Of a stretch of 64,000 bases of DNA, positions 52,932-63,255 are shown piece after piece (positions within the stretch are counted from its first letter, which is position 1; each line of letters opens with the position of its first letter). Origin of the DNA: an uncultured Ulvibacter sp. Its GTDB lineage: Bacteria; Bacteroidota; Bacteroidia; Flavobacteriales; Flavobacteriaceae. The position numbers were made by a program, and so were the translations under genes. The notes beneath the pieces were generated by a model that was not told the origin of the DNA, searched no databases, and saw nothing but the letters and a program-made list of their open reading frames with translations. The DNA lies in NCBI GenBank assembly GCA_913063405.1, contig CAJXZB010000013.1, forward strand, positions 13,317 to 77,316, written 5' to 3'.

Positions 52932-53135
52932 TTATTGTTTATTTCTATTGTGTTCTTCAATTTTCCTCCTAAACTTTCGTTTAAAGAAAAACATAAAAAC
53001 GGCTACCACGCCAAAAAAGGCAAATAGGTAGGCACGATTTCTATTTACATCCCAATTACTTATCACAATATAGACAGAAAATACTGCCATAGCCAGATAT
53101 GCATATTCAAAAAGGCGGTAAACTTTATTTCCCAT
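52932..53135 (-). CDS. Small membrane hypothetical protein
   Basis: ATG 53135; two TM helices and a basic tail. Confidence 0.75.
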   Translation of the reverse strand: MGNKVYRLFEYAYLAMAVFSVYIVISNWDVNRNRAYLFAFFGVVAVFMFFFKRKFRRKIEEHNRNKQ

Positions 53136-53694
53136 CGATTTTCGTTTTATCAATAATTTGTACTCCTTTATTCTTACGAGATATGAATTTAGTGAAATCT
53201 TCACTGGAATCAAATCTTGCTCCGTCGTTATAAGAACCATCTTTAAATTTAATTTGATAGGGCTCATCTGTGAAAACCCATTGATTCTTTTGATCCCAAT
53301 AGAGTTGGTTAGCTTTAAGCACTAAACTATCACTAGTAATCAAGACCACATTTTTTCGAAGATCAATGATTCCTGTTCCATCAAATCGAATGGCGTAGTC
53401 TGATGTTACCGTACTTTCTTCACCATTATCCCAAAAATGAACTTCAACCCCTTCAGGAAACTCTTGATATGGAAATTCAAAATTACTATAATCCCATAAT
53501 TTTGGAGCCAATAAGTTCGTAACTACCTTACCTGAATCCGTATACTTCAGATTAATATTCTTACCCTCTGCAAATGGCCCATCATCCTTAACACTTAATT
53601 GTTTCTTATTTCTGTATGTTCCGTCACATGCAAAAAGCGTGATGACAAATACTACTGTCATCACGCTCTTACTGATATGTTTAAAGTTGTACAT
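53125..53694 (-). CDS. lptC: LPS export periplasmic protein LptC
   Basis: Lipobox LFAC; YTDSG, FPEG and LYWDQ motifs. Confidence 0.85.
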   Translation of the reverse strand: MYNFKHISKSVMTVVFVITLFACDGTYRNKKQLSVKDDGPFAEGKNINLKYTDSGKVVTNLLAPKLWDYSNFEFPYQEFPEGVEVHFWDNGEESTVTSDYAIRFDGTGIIDLRKNVVLITSDSLVLKANQLYWDQKNQWVFTDEPYQIKFKDGSYNDGARFDSSEDFTKFISRKNKGVQIIDKTKIDGK

Positions 53695-53696
53695 CC

Positions 53697-55061
53697 TTAT
53701 AAGTTAGGGACTCTTACGCTACCTCCAACCCAGCAGCTAAAGGAAACTGTTTTTCCTCCCATTCCAGCATCAAAGATATCACTTTTACTTGGAGCACGTT
53801 CTGAATAACTAGCGGCAGTTGCTCTTGCATTTCCAGCAACTGATCCATCAACACGAGCTGCTTTTCTAGCCATTTCAGCAGCTTTCCAATAGATTGCTCT
53901 TTTCTCAAATACTGTTTTACCACAATTGTTAGCACTAGCAGCATACATATTTGCTATTTTTAAATACGCTCTTCCCATAGAAGGTTGGTATTCCAATGCC
54001 TTCATATAATATCTTCTAGCAGATCCTTTTTGTCCAGCTTTACGCTTTTCTTCGGCAATTCTATAATAGATTCTTGCACTCTTACGAGGGTCACTTTGCA
54101 TACTTGCAGACTCTTCAAAATAAGAGATCGCTTTTGCCGAGTTTCCCTTTTCCTTTTCTAACTGACCTAAATATAATTTAGTGTCGGCAGATGGTGCAAG
54201 TCTATCTAATTGCTCCACCAATTTTATAAACAATGGATCACTAGTACAGTCCTTACCTGAAAGTCGTCCTGCTGCTCTCTTAATCCAATCGACATCATCT
54301 TTTCTAGCGTCGAAATCTTTATTGTATAATGGAATCAGGTTAGGGCAATCTGCCAATTTACCTAATTTCCCATCAACACTTCCTTTTACCTTCCCATAAG
54401 ACCCTAAGTTAGTCTCATAACCTTTTAAACGCTTTTCTTCTTTTACCGTTAATTGCTCTCCGGCATCTTGTTTGTCTATCAACTTTGTTAGCTTACCAGC
54501 AAGGGCAATTTCTTCATCTTCTATCTTTCCAGTTACAACATCGTAAAGATCAAATACATCTTGAACACCCTTTTCACCTGTACCCTGTAAATCTACTGCC
54601 AATGAGAAATACGTATAGATACTTTTTGGGCTTGTAAAAGTAGCACGGTCTTTTTTAAACGCATCATCAAAAGACTGAAACTGCTCCATCTTGGCACCCA
54701 TCTTATTATCATATTTTACTTGAGCAATCTTAGCCATCTCCTTACCAACCTTCGTCTTAGCAGGGTAGTATTGCATTCTATACTTCATTACTTGCTCTAA
54801 ATCGGTAATCTTACTCTTATCTCCTTGCTTAATAAAATGTGAGAACATTTTTACTGCATACTGATATGTCGCCATGCTAAACGTAGGGCACTCTTTAACT
54901 ACTGCGTCATAATTTTGAAGTGCAACATCATAATTTTTTGCTTTGGCGGGCTCAATAAATAATGAACCTAGCTCATGACATTTATTGTCTGCCTGTGCGA
55001 AGGTTGTTCCTCCTAAAGTAAATGCGAATAGCATTACTAATAAAAATACTTTAGTTTTCAT
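53697..55061 (-). CDS. Exported TPR-repeat protein
   Basis: ATG 55061 with signal peptide; C-terminal TPR-like helices. Confidence 0.8.
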   Translation of the reverse strand: MKTKVFLLVMLFAFTLGGTTFAQADNKCHELGSLFIEPAKAKNYDVALQNYDAVVKECPTFSMATYQYAVKMFSHFIKQGDKSKITDLEQVMKYRMQYYPAKTKVGKEMAKIAQVKYDNKMGAKMEQFQSFDDAFKKDRATFTSPKSIYTYFSLAVDLQGTGEKGVQDVFDLYDVVTGKIEDEEIALAGKLTKLIDKQDAGEQLTVKEEKRLKGYETNLGSYGKVKGSVDGKLGKLADCPNLIPLYNKDFDARKDDVDWIKRAAGRLSGKDCTSDPLFIKLVEQLDRLAPSADTKLYLGQLEKEKGNSAKAISYFEESASMQSDPRKSARIYYRIAEEKRKAGQKGSARRYYMKALEYQPSMGRAYLKIANMYAASANNCGKTVFEKRAIYWKAAEMARKAARVDGSVAGNARATAASYSERAPSKSDIFDAGMGGKTVSFSCWVGGSVRVPNL

Positions 55062-55086
55062 AATGTTAGTGTTTACGGTATTAGTC

Positions 55087-56340
55087 TTAATCATAATATC
55101 TTTTTTCAAACCATTTGTCATTAAGTGACAAACTTAAAAAGGTGTTGAAAAAGTTCTCTTGTATCAATCCAAAATCTGTTGTTCCTCGTTTTCCAACTTC
55201 AAAGCCCAGATTGATATTGGAGAATAATTTTCCAGCTGGTATACCAACTCCAAAAGATATGCCAAACTCATTAATATCTTTTCCTACTACTTTTACTCCT
55301 GACTGTTCATAACGAATACCGGCCCTGTAAACTATTCTTTTCCAGTAGGTTCCAATTGAGTTATAATTGGGAATATAAAAACCTCCTATTTTAAATTTAG
55401 AAGCATTTGTGAATTCAACATTGGTCAATGAATTGTCCAAAGCGATATGTCTATTTGTAAAATTACTGGTTTTTTGATTAGCATACTCCAAACCAACGAA
55501 CCAATTTTTCGGCTTACCAATACCCACACCCAAGGTTATTTGCGAAGGAAAAGTAAAATCAGTATCTGGATCATCAAAATTCAGAGTTTGAGCAGGAGCC
55601 AAAATCCCCGAAGGTAAAACAGCAATAGTTGATATTTCACTACTATTTTCTGAAGTGAAACTCGTACCCGGTGTATAGACAACAGAAGACGACAGCTCTA
55701 AATTTTCAGTGACCATCGTTTTATAAGTCGCTCCGAAATTAAAACTGAAACCTAATAGATCTGATCTATTTATTTCCCTTGTCCCCAATTCCAAATCGTC
55801 TTGTTTGGTGAAGACTGTGTTTTGAATATTTCCAAAGTTGTAGTTGGTTTCCCAGCCTACACTTAATTTAGGGGTGATTTTATAAGCCAGGGTAAGGAAA
55901 GCTCTATTTAAACCACCTTCACCAGAAGATTGTGTTGTTGTATTATCAACAATGGATTGCAATTTGTACCCCACAGCCGAGTAAGGAATGAGACCAAAGC
56001 TCGCTCCAAATTTTCCCATAGGAATTCCAATTGCAATATAATCTAATGAAGTTGCCGTTGTTTTTTGAGATTCGGCAGCATTTTTTTGTGTCACAGATTT
56101 ATGACTTCCTCCAACGGAGTAGTTGACCAGCTCCAATTCTGCTATACTTGCCGGATTTTGAAGATTAACATGAATACTATCTGAAAAGACAGCCATTCCG
56201 GCCATTGACCGATTCTCAGCAGTACCCTTAAATTTTTGAATTCCAACACCATAAAATGAGTACGGCGACGTAGTTCCTTCTTGCGCTATGGAAACCCCTG
56301 TAATTAAAATAAATACCCCAATAATTATTCGCTTCAACAT
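55087..56340 (-). CDS. Outer membrane beta-barrel protein (FadL/OmpP1-like)
   Basis: SPYSFYG, NPA, amphipathic strands, ends DKWFEKRYYD. Confidence 0.75.
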   Translation of the reverse strand: MLKRIIIGVFILITGVSIAQEGTTSPYSFYGVGIQKFKGTAENRSMAGMAVFSDSIHVNLQNPASIAELELVNYSVGGSHKSVTQKNAAESQKTTATSLDYIAIGIPMGKFGASFGLIPYSAVGYKLQSIVDNTTTQSSGEGGLNRAFLTLAYKITPKLSVGWETNYNFGNIQNTVFTKQDDLELGTREINRSDLLGFSFNFGATYKTMVTENLELSSSVVYTPGTSFTSENSSEISTIAVLPSGILAPAQTLNFDDPDTDFTFPSQITLGVGIGKPKNWFVGLEYANQKTSNFTNRHIALDNSLTNVEFTNASKFKIGGFYIPNYNSIGTYWKRIVYRAGIRYEQSGVKVVGKDINEFGISFGVGIPAGKLFSNINLGFEVGKRGTTDFGLIQENFFNTFLSLSLNDKWFEKRYYD

Positions 56341-57068
56341 CAATCTTTATTATGTTCTAAAATGAAATTTAAACCCTCCAATAGGAAATTTGAGTTGGCA
56401 AAGATGTCACTTTTTAAGCTATCACGCAAAAAATGAGCATCTCCTCCTGTTAAAATAATTGTTAAATCAGTATAATTCGTTTTATAGTCCCTTATAAAGC
56501 CATCTATTTCATACAAAAGACCTTGTCCAACACCAGAATGAATAGACGATGCTGTGTTATTACCAATTAAGTTTTCTGTAGTATCGGCTTCAAGATGTGG
56601 AAGCTTTGCTGTAAAATTGTTCAACGCGCTATATCTCATAGAAAGACCAGGAGAAATTGCGCCACCTAAATATTCATTAGCATCATTTAAAAAATCGTAA
56701 GTGACACAGCTTCCAGCATCAATAATCAAGACATTCCTATCTGGATACGCAACTGCCGCAGCACTTACCAATGCAATACGATCAACCCCTAAGGTTTTAG
56801 GTGTTTCATATAAATTAGTGAAAGGCACTTTGGTCTCATTGCTCAAAACAGTGACTGGATAACGTTCTTCTAATTTAGAAAGTTCTTTTTTTGTAAATTC
56901 TCCAACCGAAGAAACAATACAATGAGAAACTTCAGAATGAGCTTCAGCAATCTTAGAAAGCATTGTTAGAAACTCCTTTTTTTCGCAGCTTTTTTTAGTC
57001 AAAAGCACATTAGCTTCAAAAACCGCAAACTTTAATAAGGTATTCCCAACATCAATAATTAAATTCAT
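56340..57068 (-). CDS. coaX: Type III pantothenate kinase
   Basis: IDVGNT, LGVDR, IDAGS, GGAISPG and LTGGDA motifs. Confidence 0.95.
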   Translation of the reverse strand: MNLIIDVGNTLLKFAVFEANVLLTKKSCEKKEFLTMLSKIAEAHSEVSHCIVSSVGEFTKKELSKLEERYPVTVLSNETKVPFTNLYETPKTLGVDRIALVSAAAVAYPDRNVLIIDAGSCVTYDFLNDANEYLGGAISPGLSMRYSALNNFTAKLPHLEADTTENLIGNNTASSIHSGVGQGLLYEIDGFIRDYKTNYTDLTIILTGGDAHFLRDSLKSDIFANSNFLLEGLNFILEHNKD

Positions 57069-57192
57069 TCCTCTATATAAGAGGCTAAAAATACAATATG
57101 AAATAGTAGGGTCTTGTTAATAGTCTATTAAATTGAAAACTTTAGGTGAAATATTTTTTGATTTTATGTTTTGCAGAAGATAAAATAGATTT

Positions 57193-57200
57193 ATATTTGC
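57193..57200 (+). promoter_or_regulatory. -7 promoter element of tRNA-Phe
   Basis: TATATTTG about 60 nt upstream of the tRNA. Confidence 0.65.
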
Positions 57201-57259
57201 ACCCTCCTACGCAAATAGCATCGCTTTTGCTGCGGAAGATGCAGATCCTTTCTGTAGAA

Positions 57260-57332
57260 GGTACCTTAGCTCAGTTGGTAGAGCAATGGACTGAAAATCC
57301 ATGTGTCCCTGGTTCGATTCCTGGAGGTACCA
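57260..57332 (+). tRNA. tRNA-Phe(GAA), CCA not encoded
   Basis: GGTACCT/AGGTACC acceptor stem, D arm AGCTCAGTTGGTAGAGC, anticodon GAA at 57293-57295, GGTTCGATTCC T arm. Confidence 0.97.
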
Positions 57333-57342
57333 CTTAACTTAC

Positions 57343-57370
57343 AAAACCCGCTCGCTAGAGTGGGTTTTTT
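57343..57370 (+). terminator. Terminator after tRNA-Phe
   Basis: AAAACCCGCTC-gcta-GAGTGGGTTTTTT. Confidence 0.85.
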
Positions 57371-57411
57371 ATTTGAGCGAACGTACAATGCTTGTATTGT
57401 TATTCTAGCGC

Positions 57412-57439
57412 AAAAAAAAAGGGAACCAAGTTGTTCCCT
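57412..57439 (-). terminator. Minus-strand terminator facing the tRNA
   Basis: AGGGAAC/GTTCCCT stem followed by a T run on the minus strand. Confidence 0.65.
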
Positions 57440-57773
57440 GTATATTTTAGTCACCCAATAACTTCTGTATGTGATTGGGTAAATACAGTTTATGATTGCC
57501 AAAACGTATAGCAACTTTGATTACTCCTTCTTTTTCATATTTGATAAGCGTAGTTGCACTTTTAATTTGTAATAATCCCATAACGTCTTTGGCAGTTAAC
57601 AGTACCTTCCTAACATAAATAAGTATTTCTTATAACTCTTTAGTTTCGGTAAGTCGCCGTTATGGCGTTTCAAATATTTCGCACTACCGCATACTAAAGT
57701 GATATCGTTTTGGCCCTTGAAGTTGCTATGTATGGGCCTACTTGATATCACTACCCTATATATGTACTTAAAA

Positions 57774-58226
57774 TTATTGGAAAATGGTATTACTCAATGA
57801 GACCCCCCCGGCATGGTTTTCTTCTCCTGATTGATTCATTGCCATTTCATGGTCATATTGGCAACATCCAGGTAAAGTATCATACGCCTCAATATCTCCC
57901 ATGACCTTATCCGTATCATACCCAGGTGCGGCAATAGCACTATGAATCGCCAGTTCGTTAGTTTTACTGTCATCAAACGAGACATCAATTTTCTTTTTAT
58001 CAACACCCCATTCAGCACTAACAACACCTTCCACGCCATTCGCCGCTTTTTCAATAGTGGATTCGCACATTCCACAATTTCCTCTTACGCCAAAACTTAG
58101 ATTGGCCATGGCTATTTCATTTGCTTCCTCTGTTTGAACCGTTTCGTTATTGGTTTTTGCTTCATTTTTACAACCAATCACTACCATTACAGCAATTATA
58201 GCTGCACTTAACATTACTCTTTTCAT
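57774..58226 (-). CDS. HMA domain lipoprotein (copper chaperone-like)
   Basis: Lipobox VIGC, GNCGMC, LPGCCQY. Confidence 0.88.
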   Translation of the reverse strand: MKRVMLSAAIIAVMVVIGCKNEAKTNNETVQTEEANEIAMANLSFGVRGNCGMCESTIEKAANGVEGVVSAEWGVDKKKIDVSFDDSKTNELAIHSAIAAPGYDTDKVMGDIEAYDTLPGCCQYDHEMAMNQSGEENHAGGVSLSNTIFQ

Positions 58227-58249
58227 AATTTTAAATTTTAATTGATTTA

Positions 58250-60022
58250 TTATTCTATTGTTTGTTTTACTTCTCCACAGGTCAGCATTGCCCCACCGAA
58301 GTAAGGATTTAGCACCTTCTTTTCTGTACTCAACCAGTACGCTCCTCTGTTATTATTTGCCATTGGGCAATACAGGCTGTATACTTTTTTATTAATTCCA
58401 AATAGTTGTATAACACTTGAAAGGTGTGATGACAAATGCTTAAAATGATTCCTTTGTGACCCTAAATCTGAAGTATTTGAAATTGAATTAGTTGAAGATT
58501 TCAATTCTTTTTCAAGTTTCATCCAGTGGTTATGAGCATTACTATCTGTTAACAATTTCATATCTACTTGAGACAAATTATTGAGCATATTTTTTGCATA
58601 GTCCACCCCTTTTTTCGAATCCTCTTTAACTAGGGCATCCTTCAAATTGACATAATTATTAAAGACCGCTTTCAATTGATTTTGAAAATCTACTGAAACT
58701 TTTATTCGCTCATTCATATTCGAATGATCTTCATTCATATTGAGGTTTGCTTCTTCCATCCCAAGGTGCCCTTCATGCCCAGTTATTGTTCTCCCACCAC
58801 TTTTATTCATCATAGACTTTTTGCCCTGTAATTGAGCTGCTGCATCTACGGTAAAAGCTCCGTTGGTTACAATCTCATCACCGTCCTTTAACCCATCCAC
58901 GACTTCGTAATTCTCCCCGATTGGATTGCCAAGAATTATCTCACGCATCTCAAATACTGGCTCGTTAGGATTGGCTTTTATGTATACAACCGACCTTTCA
59001 CCCGTCCATAAAACGGCCGATGATGGAATGCTCAATGCTTGCTCTTTTTTTGACGACACACCTTTTATTTTACCTTCAACAAACATACCTGGTTTGAATA
59101 CATCATTTTTGTTATTTAACACCGTCCGTAATTTTACAGTTCTCGTCCTGGTGTCTAATACTGGATCAATGAATGATACCTTCGCTTTGAATTTCTCATT
59201 CAGATTTGCATTCGTTGTAATCGAGATATCCTGACCTTTTTTAAATAAGTCAATTTGATTTTCATATACATCGAAATTAGCCCAAACTGTATTTAGATTG
59301 GCAATTTTCAACAAAGGCTGACCTTGTTTTATGGATTCGCCTTCCTCAACGAGTTTCTCTGTTACGGTTCCAGAAACCGTAGCATACACAGGAAAATTTT
59401 CTCTAACCTTTCCCGATGATTCAATTTGATTTATTTGATTCTCGGATAACTTCCACAGTTTGAGCTTGTTCCTCACTGCTTTGTACAAAGCAGGTTGAGA
59501 TTCTTTTAAAGAAGATGCCGTGATTAGTTCTTGTTGAGCGGCGAACAACTCAGGAGAATAAATCGTTGCTAATAGTTGACCTTTTCTAACTTCTTCTCCT
59601 GTGAAATTAACATTTAGTCTTTCTATTCTACCCGAAAAATAACTTACTTGAACCGTATTCGATTCCTCGTTTTCGACAATCTTCCCAGACAGTCTAATAC
59701 CGTTATCTTCAACTTTATTACCGCCTACAATAGACGTTTGGACATCAGCTAAAGCCATCGCCGTTTCGGTTAGTTTAAATTGGTTCATAGAAAGACCCTC
59801 TCCACTTACTTCGACAGGAATTAGATCCATGCCACAGATTGGACAATCACCAGACTCTGATTGCATAATTTGTGGATGCATAGAACAGGTCCACATTTGA
59901 TTCACTTCGGCTATTTCATTATGATTATGTACAGCTTCTTCCGTCTGGGTTCCACCAAATAATAACCACCCTAACAACAACCCAACACCTAATATTCCGA
60001 TATAAATTATATACTTTTTCAT
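58250..60022 (-). CDS. cusB: CusB-like RND periplasmic adaptor with heavy-metal-binding and DUF3347 domains
   Basis: WTCSMHP..CPICGMDL, YSPEL..AQQE, KPGMF, C-terminal CPMA..YWLS..NPYFG. Confidence 0.9.
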   Translation of the reverse strand: MKKYIIYIGILGVGLLLGWLLFGGTQTEEAVHNHNEIAEVNQMWTCSMHPQIMQSESGDCPICGMDLIPVEVSGEGLSMNQFKLTETAMALADVQTSIVGGNKVEDNGIRLSGKIVENEESNTVQVSYFSGRIERLNVNFTGEEVRKGQLLATIYSPELFAAQQELITASSLKESQPALYKAVRNKLKLWKLSENQINQIESSGKVRENFPVYATVSGTVTEKLVEEGESIKQGQPLLKIANLNTVWANFDVYENQIDLFKKGQDISITTNANLNEKFKAKVSFIDPVLDTRTRTVKLRTVLNNKNDVFKPGMFVEGKIKGVSSKKEQALSIPSSAVLWTGERSVVYIKANPNEPVFEMREIILGNPIGENYEVVDGLKDGDEIVTNGAFTVDAAAQLQGKKSMMNKSGGRTITGHEGHLGMEEANLNMNEDHSNMNERIKVSVDFQNQLKAVFNNYVNLKDALVKEDSKKGVDYAKNMLNNLSQVDMKLLTDSNAHNHWMKLEKELKSSTNSISNTSDLGSQRNHFKHLSSHLSSVIQLFGINKKVYSLYCPMANNNRGAYWLSTEKKVLNPYFGGAMLTCGEVKQTIE

Positions 60023-60026
60023 ATTA

Positions 60027-62525
60027 TTATACTTTAATACTTCTTAATCTTAATGCGTTTGCTATTACCGACACCGAGCTAAAACTCATAGCCAATGCAG
60101 CTATCATGGGAGACAGCAACAATCCAAAAAGAGGATATAAAACTCCAGCCGCAATTGGTACGCCCAATACATTGTAAACGAAAGCAAAAAAGAGATTTTG
60201 TTTAATGTTTTTTACTGCTTTTTGACTTAATATCCTTGCTTTCACTATACCTTGTAAATCACCTTTGACTAAGGTTATGGAAGCACTTTCGATTGCAACA
60301 TCGGCCCCGGTTCCCATGGCAATTCCAACATCGGACTGGGCCAATGCAGGTGCATCATTAATTCCATCACCTACCATGGCCACAACGCTCCCTTTTTCTT
60401 GTAGTGTCTTTACTTCGTTCAATTTATCTTCTGGAAGACACTCTGCCTTGTAATGCTTGAGACCCAGTTTTTCAGCAACCGATTTTGCGGTGTTTCTATT
60501 ATCACCCGTCAACATCATAACCTCAACCCCATTCTTCTGTAATTCATTGATAGCATTTTGACTTGTTTCCTTAATCGCATCAAAAATGGTAACATAGCCT
60601 ACTGCCTCACCATCTACCGCTATGTATGATACAGTTTTACCTTGTTCTTGTTCTTCTAAGACTTCTCTGGCTAAATCCTCCGAAATTGAAACAGATAATT
60701 GCTCCAACAGTTTAGCATTACCCAATCCTGTCTTTATCCCTCCAACAGTCCCTACAACACCTTTACCTGCAACAGCTTCAAAATCGTTTACCTTGGTAAT
60801 TGAAATATTTTTTGATTTACCATAGTTTACAATTGCTTCCGCTAAAGGATGTTCACTATATTGGTTTAAGGATGCAATGAATTGTAATAAATTTTCTTCC
60901 TTAAACCCATCAACAGAAATTACTTTTTCCACTGATGGTTTCCCTTCTGTAATCGTTCCTGTTTTGTCTACAATCAAAGTATCTACTTTATTCATTTTCT
61001 CTAATGCCTCGGCATTTTTTATTAGAACCCCAGATTGCGCACCCCTTCCAACGCCTACCATTACAGACATCGGCGTAGCTAAACCTAATGCACATGGGCA
61101 AGCAACTATTAATACTGCTATGGCATTTACAAAGGCAAAAACATAGGCTGGTTCTGGTCCGAGAATCCCCCACACGATAAAAGTCAATACCGCAACGATA
61201 ATAACAATAGGAACAAAATATTTTGAAATTCTATCTGCCAATTTTTGAATAGGTGCTTTTGACCGACTCGCATTGTTCACCATATGAATGATTTGAGAGA
61301 GTAAGGTTTCTGAACCCACTTTTTCAGCTTTCATTATAAATGATTTTGTACTGTTTATTGTTCCTGAACTTACCTTATCATCTATATTTTTATCAACTGG
61401 AATTGGTTCACCAGTTATCATAGATTCATCTATACTGCTTTGACCCTCCACTATAAGTCCGTCTACAGGAATTTTTTCTCCTGGCTTCACTCGCAATAGG
61501 TTTCCTTGTTGAATTTTGTCAATATCAATTACCTTATCAATTCCATCAACTACCAAAGTTGCCACGGATGGCACTAATTTTAGCAATTCTTTTATGGCAC
61601 CACTTGTTTGACTATGTGCTTTGGCTTCAAGCAACTGACCTAGTAAGACTAAAGTGAGAATTACGGTTGTAGCTTCAAAGTATACAAATACATTACTCTC
61701 TTGAGTTTTGAAATCCTGCGGAAATACATCAGGAAACAACATCGCAAAAACACTAAATGCCCAAGCGATTCCCGAACCAATGCCTATTAACGTAAACATA
61801 TTCAGGTTTATCATTTTAATGGATATCCACGCACGCTTAAAGAACATCCAAGTGGCGTAAAACACCACTGGAATAGACAATGCAAATTGAACCCAATTCC
61901 TATATTTTTGTTCTAAAATTGAATACAGCGGATTGCTATCCAACATTTCGGACATTGCAATTAGAAATATGGGAATGGTAAAAACAACCGCAATCCAGAA
62001 CTTCTTTAACAATCGTCTATAAGTTTTGTCCTCTTCGGAAATATCTGCTTCTAAGAGCACTAACTCCATTCCACAAATTGAACAAGCCCCAGGTTCATCT
62101 TTTACAATTTCTGAATGCATAGGACAAGTCCATTGCTGACTATTTGTAGCGGATAAACTTTGTTCTTCAACTAAATCCATCCCGCACACTGGACAGTTGC
62201 CTGATGTATCGTAAGTCTTATCATCTTCGCAATGCATCGGACAGTAGAACGTTCTTGTTCCTTGACCGCTTAGCAATTCTTCTTTTTTATCGATCTCATG
62301 ATGCTCTCCAATAGTATGTATGCTATATCTTCCACCACCATTCTTCAAAGTATCTTGAAACATTTTAATAGGAATATGTGATGCCATTTGGATTGTTGCT
62401 TCTGCCTTTTCTAAATTGACGCTTGTCTCAAGAACACCTTCAACTTTTGAAAGTGTTTCTTCAACATGGCTGCGACAACCATTGCAGGTCATTCCGTGTA
62501 TGTGTATGTGATAGGTGTGTTTCAT
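60027..62525 (-). CDS. copA: Cu(I)/Ag(I)-type P1B ATPase
   Basis: GMTCNGC HMA, two CPMH domains, TGE, CPC, DKTGT, SEHP, GDGIND, YN and MxxSS. Confidence 0.95.
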   Translation of the reverse strand: MKHTYHIHIHGMTCNGCRSHVEETLSKVEGVLETSVNLEKAEATIQMASHIPIKMFQDTLKNGGGRYSIHTIGEHHEIDKKEELLSGQGTRTFYCPMHCEDDKTYDTSGNCPVCGMDLVEEQSLSATNSQQWTCPMHSEIVKDEPGACSICGMELVLLEADISEEDKTYRRLLKKFWIAVVFTIPIFLIAMSEMLDSNPLYSILEQKYRNWVQFALSIPVVFYATWMFFKRAWISIKMINLNMFTLIGIGSGIAWAFSVFAMLFPDVFPQDFKTQESNVFVYFEATTVILTLVLLGQLLEAKAHSQTSGAIKELLKLVPSVATLVVDGIDKVIDIDKIQQGNLLRVKPGEKIPVDGLIVEGQSSIDESMITGEPIPVDKNIDDKVSSGTINSTKSFIMKAEKVGSETLLSQIIHMVNNASRSKAPIQKLADRISKYFVPIVIIVAVLTFIVWGILGPEPAYVFAFVNAIAVLIVACPCALGLATPMSVMVGVGRGAQSGVLIKNAEALEKMNKVDTLIVDKTGTITEGKPSVEKVISVDGFKEENLLQFIASLNQYSEHPLAEAIVNYGKSKNISITKVNDFEAVAGKGVVGTVGGIKTGLGNAKLLEQLSVSISEDLAREVLEEQEQGKTVSYIAVDGEAVGYVTIFDAIKETSQNAINELQKNGVEVMMLTGDNRNTAKSVAEKLGLKHYKAECLPEDKLNEVKTLQEKGSVVAMVGDGINDAPALAQSDVGIAMGTGADVAIESASITLVKGDLQGIVKARILSQKAVKNIKQNLFFAFVYNVLGVPIAAGVLYPLFGLLLSPMIAALAMSFSSVSVIANALRLRSIKV

Positions 62526-63250
62526 TGTTTTGGTAATTTTAAGACCATTTCTTCCCCTAAAACCAAATCGTCCAGATGTCCCGCAATCGAACCGTCCTTT
62601 GTTTTGAAGTGCAAATGCATAAAAGTTGAGTGATGGGTGAAAACAGCTTTATGTTTTGTGGAATAAAACCCCAAAACCTCAACCGCTTCATTCTCAATTA
62701 TGCCATTTAGACCTGATTCTTGATGTTTCTTATGAGTATGCACAATATCTCCGTCCTTCCAATCAATTACATGCCAGATTAAAGTTGATATGGAACCTTC
62801 AATTAGAAATGGAAATGGTTTTTCTGAATCTATCCCATATTCCTTTGCAAGTGCAGCAATTTCGATTTCCAATTCAGTTTTAGATTTTACTGAAGAAGAA
62901 AGAGTAAACTCTTCCCAGTCTTCCACTTGGGTATACACCAATAAAGCAGCCCCTTTGCTAAAAGAGCTGCTAATCCTAACCATACTGTCTTGTACATAAC
63001 TATTCGTTGCCTTACCATCGAAAATCTGAATTTCTCCCCTTAAATTTTCGATCGCTCCAAGAGCATAGAGATTGTCTTTATCTACTAGGGAGTCAAGAAC
63101 CACAGTTTCTTCAATACTACCTCTCATTATATTACTTAAAGCCCCTGAATATCGGACCTGAAGCGTTGTTCTCTCATTCTTCTTGTTCCTGCAAGAAGTG
63201 AATAATATGACCAGGATAAGAAGCGTCCATATGTGTGTTTTCTGTACCAT
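62522..63250 (-). CDS. Acetolactate decarboxylase-fold lipoprotein
   Basis: Lipobox FTSC; LGA..LRGEI..FDG; HLH-x10-H metal motif. Confidence 0.72.
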   Translation of the reverse strand: MVQKTHIWTLLILVILFTSCRNKKNERTTLQVRYSGALSNIMRGSIEETVVLDSLVDKDNLYALGAIENLRGEIQIFDGKATNSYVQDSMVRISSSFSKGAALLVYTQVEDWEEFTLSSSVKSKTELEIEIAALAKEYGIDSEKPFPFLIEGSISTLIWHVIDWKDGDIVHTHKKHQESGLNGIIENEAVEVLGFYSTKHKAVFTHHSTFMHLHFKTKDGSIAGHLDDLVLGEEMVLKLPKQ

Positions 63251-63255
63251 GTGCG

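Noticed and set aside
57146-57514. ORFs 57146-57337 and 57266-57514
   Set aside because: Spurious translations across tRNA-Phe
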